64,000 nt of DNA, from contig NC_043006.1 in the NCBI RefSeq assembly GCF_006345805.1, positions 69,688,001 through 69,752,000 of the forward strand. Reading direction: 5' to 3'. The notes below the pieces were generated by a model that had not been told where the DNA came from, did not search any database, and saw only the letters and a list, made by a program, of their open reading frames with translations. The position numbers and the translations under genes were made by a program. The stretch comes from Octopus sinensis (Eukaryota). This document shows positions 62,894 to 64,000 of the stretch, piece after piece (position 1 is the stretch's first letter; the number at the start of each line of letters is the position of its first letter).

Positions 62894-63820
62894 TAACAAA
62901 TTACAATGTTAAATTAACATTTTTAAACAAATTTCTTTGTAATGTATGCGTGGCTATGTATATGGGTGGTGGTGGGGGTATATATTGTGGTACGATAGGT
63001 ATGTGAGTGTAGATGTTATATATATAGTAATACGTGAACGGATCTAAAAAAAAAATCTGAAAAAAATCTTGCAGTAGTCTTTCCCAAAGCACGCACCCAC
63101 ACGTACCCACATACATAAATACACGTATATGCATAATCATACGTGTGTATGTCTATATATATCTGTGTGTGTGCGCGCGCGCATGCATAACAATCATAAT
63201 TATAATAAAAAGAAAGGAAAATCGAAAGAATATTTCTCATCCGCTGTCACTTCTTAACCCTTCTCTCGCTCTACTCCACCCTCAAAGTTCCAAATAGAAA
63301 CACCACACGCACACACACACACACACACACACAAACACGCATACACAGATGCGTCCGTGCACCGAGATAGACATACATAAAACCATTAGCATATATGAAA
63401 AACCCGCAGACAGGCAGACAGAGACAGACAGATGCACATACAGATATGGACTTACAACAGACATATATACGCACACACACACATACACACGTGCATGTAC
63501 ACACAGATATTCAACCCAGACGTAGACACATACGCACACGCGTAGATATACACATACATGGTAGTACGTAGTTATAGACATACACCCACAGACATATACA
63601 TACAGATATATGTATAAACATATTCATGCATGTACATACACACAGTCAGACACATCCATGGATATACACTGGTATACGTAACTGCACACTCGAATACATA
63701 CTCATAACAGTTATACACATACATCCATGGTCATATACATAGATATATTCACCTACATACAGATGTACTTGTACATATAAACACAGTTGCACACATACAT
63801 TTATAGACACATACATTTAT

Positions 63821-63851
<31 letters not shown>

Positions 63852-64000
63852 GCTACATGTAGAAACGTAATTATATGCATACAGTTACAAACACACGTTC
63901 ATGGACATATATAAATGTACCATGTGGCCATGTATCTATACACTCGCGCACAATACTCTCTCTCTCTCTCTCTCTCTCATACATACACACATGCACCCAA

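Overview
AT-rich, microsatellite-saturated eukaryotic non-coding DNA. The repeat families (several tRNA-derived SINEs, including one with a CORE-like CCTTGGGCAAGTG block, and dense (AT)n/(AC)n/(GATA)n tracts) look like Octopus. That species assignment comes from recognition and was not database-verified. I found no intact host coding exon; almost all supplied ORFs are translations of microsatellites or SINEs. Decayed transposon coding remnants are recognisable: a Penelope-like element (about 6.6-8.6 kb), a HERO-type RLE LINE 3' end (about 19.25-19.84 kb), a LINE RT fragment (about 29.0-29.2 kb), a probable LINE C2H2 finger (9.87-9.93 kb) and mariner pieces. Main result: two unrelated small repeat families, each present at two loci, carry the same minimal type-I hammerhead-ribozyme architecture, stemI-CUGNNGA-A-stemII-GAA-ACGU-H-stemI', built from different stem sequences. 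One family has a tRNA-like Pol III head, and both of its copies are fold-back inverted. This suggests non-autonomous ribozyme retroelements mobilised by Penelope-like elements (inference). The window also has many long fold-back/inverted structures, an 89-bp (TA)n-spaced array with strict A/B alternation, a five-copy SINE stack and a TSD-flanked dimeric SINE. All alignments and coordinates were read by eye; boundaries are approximate.
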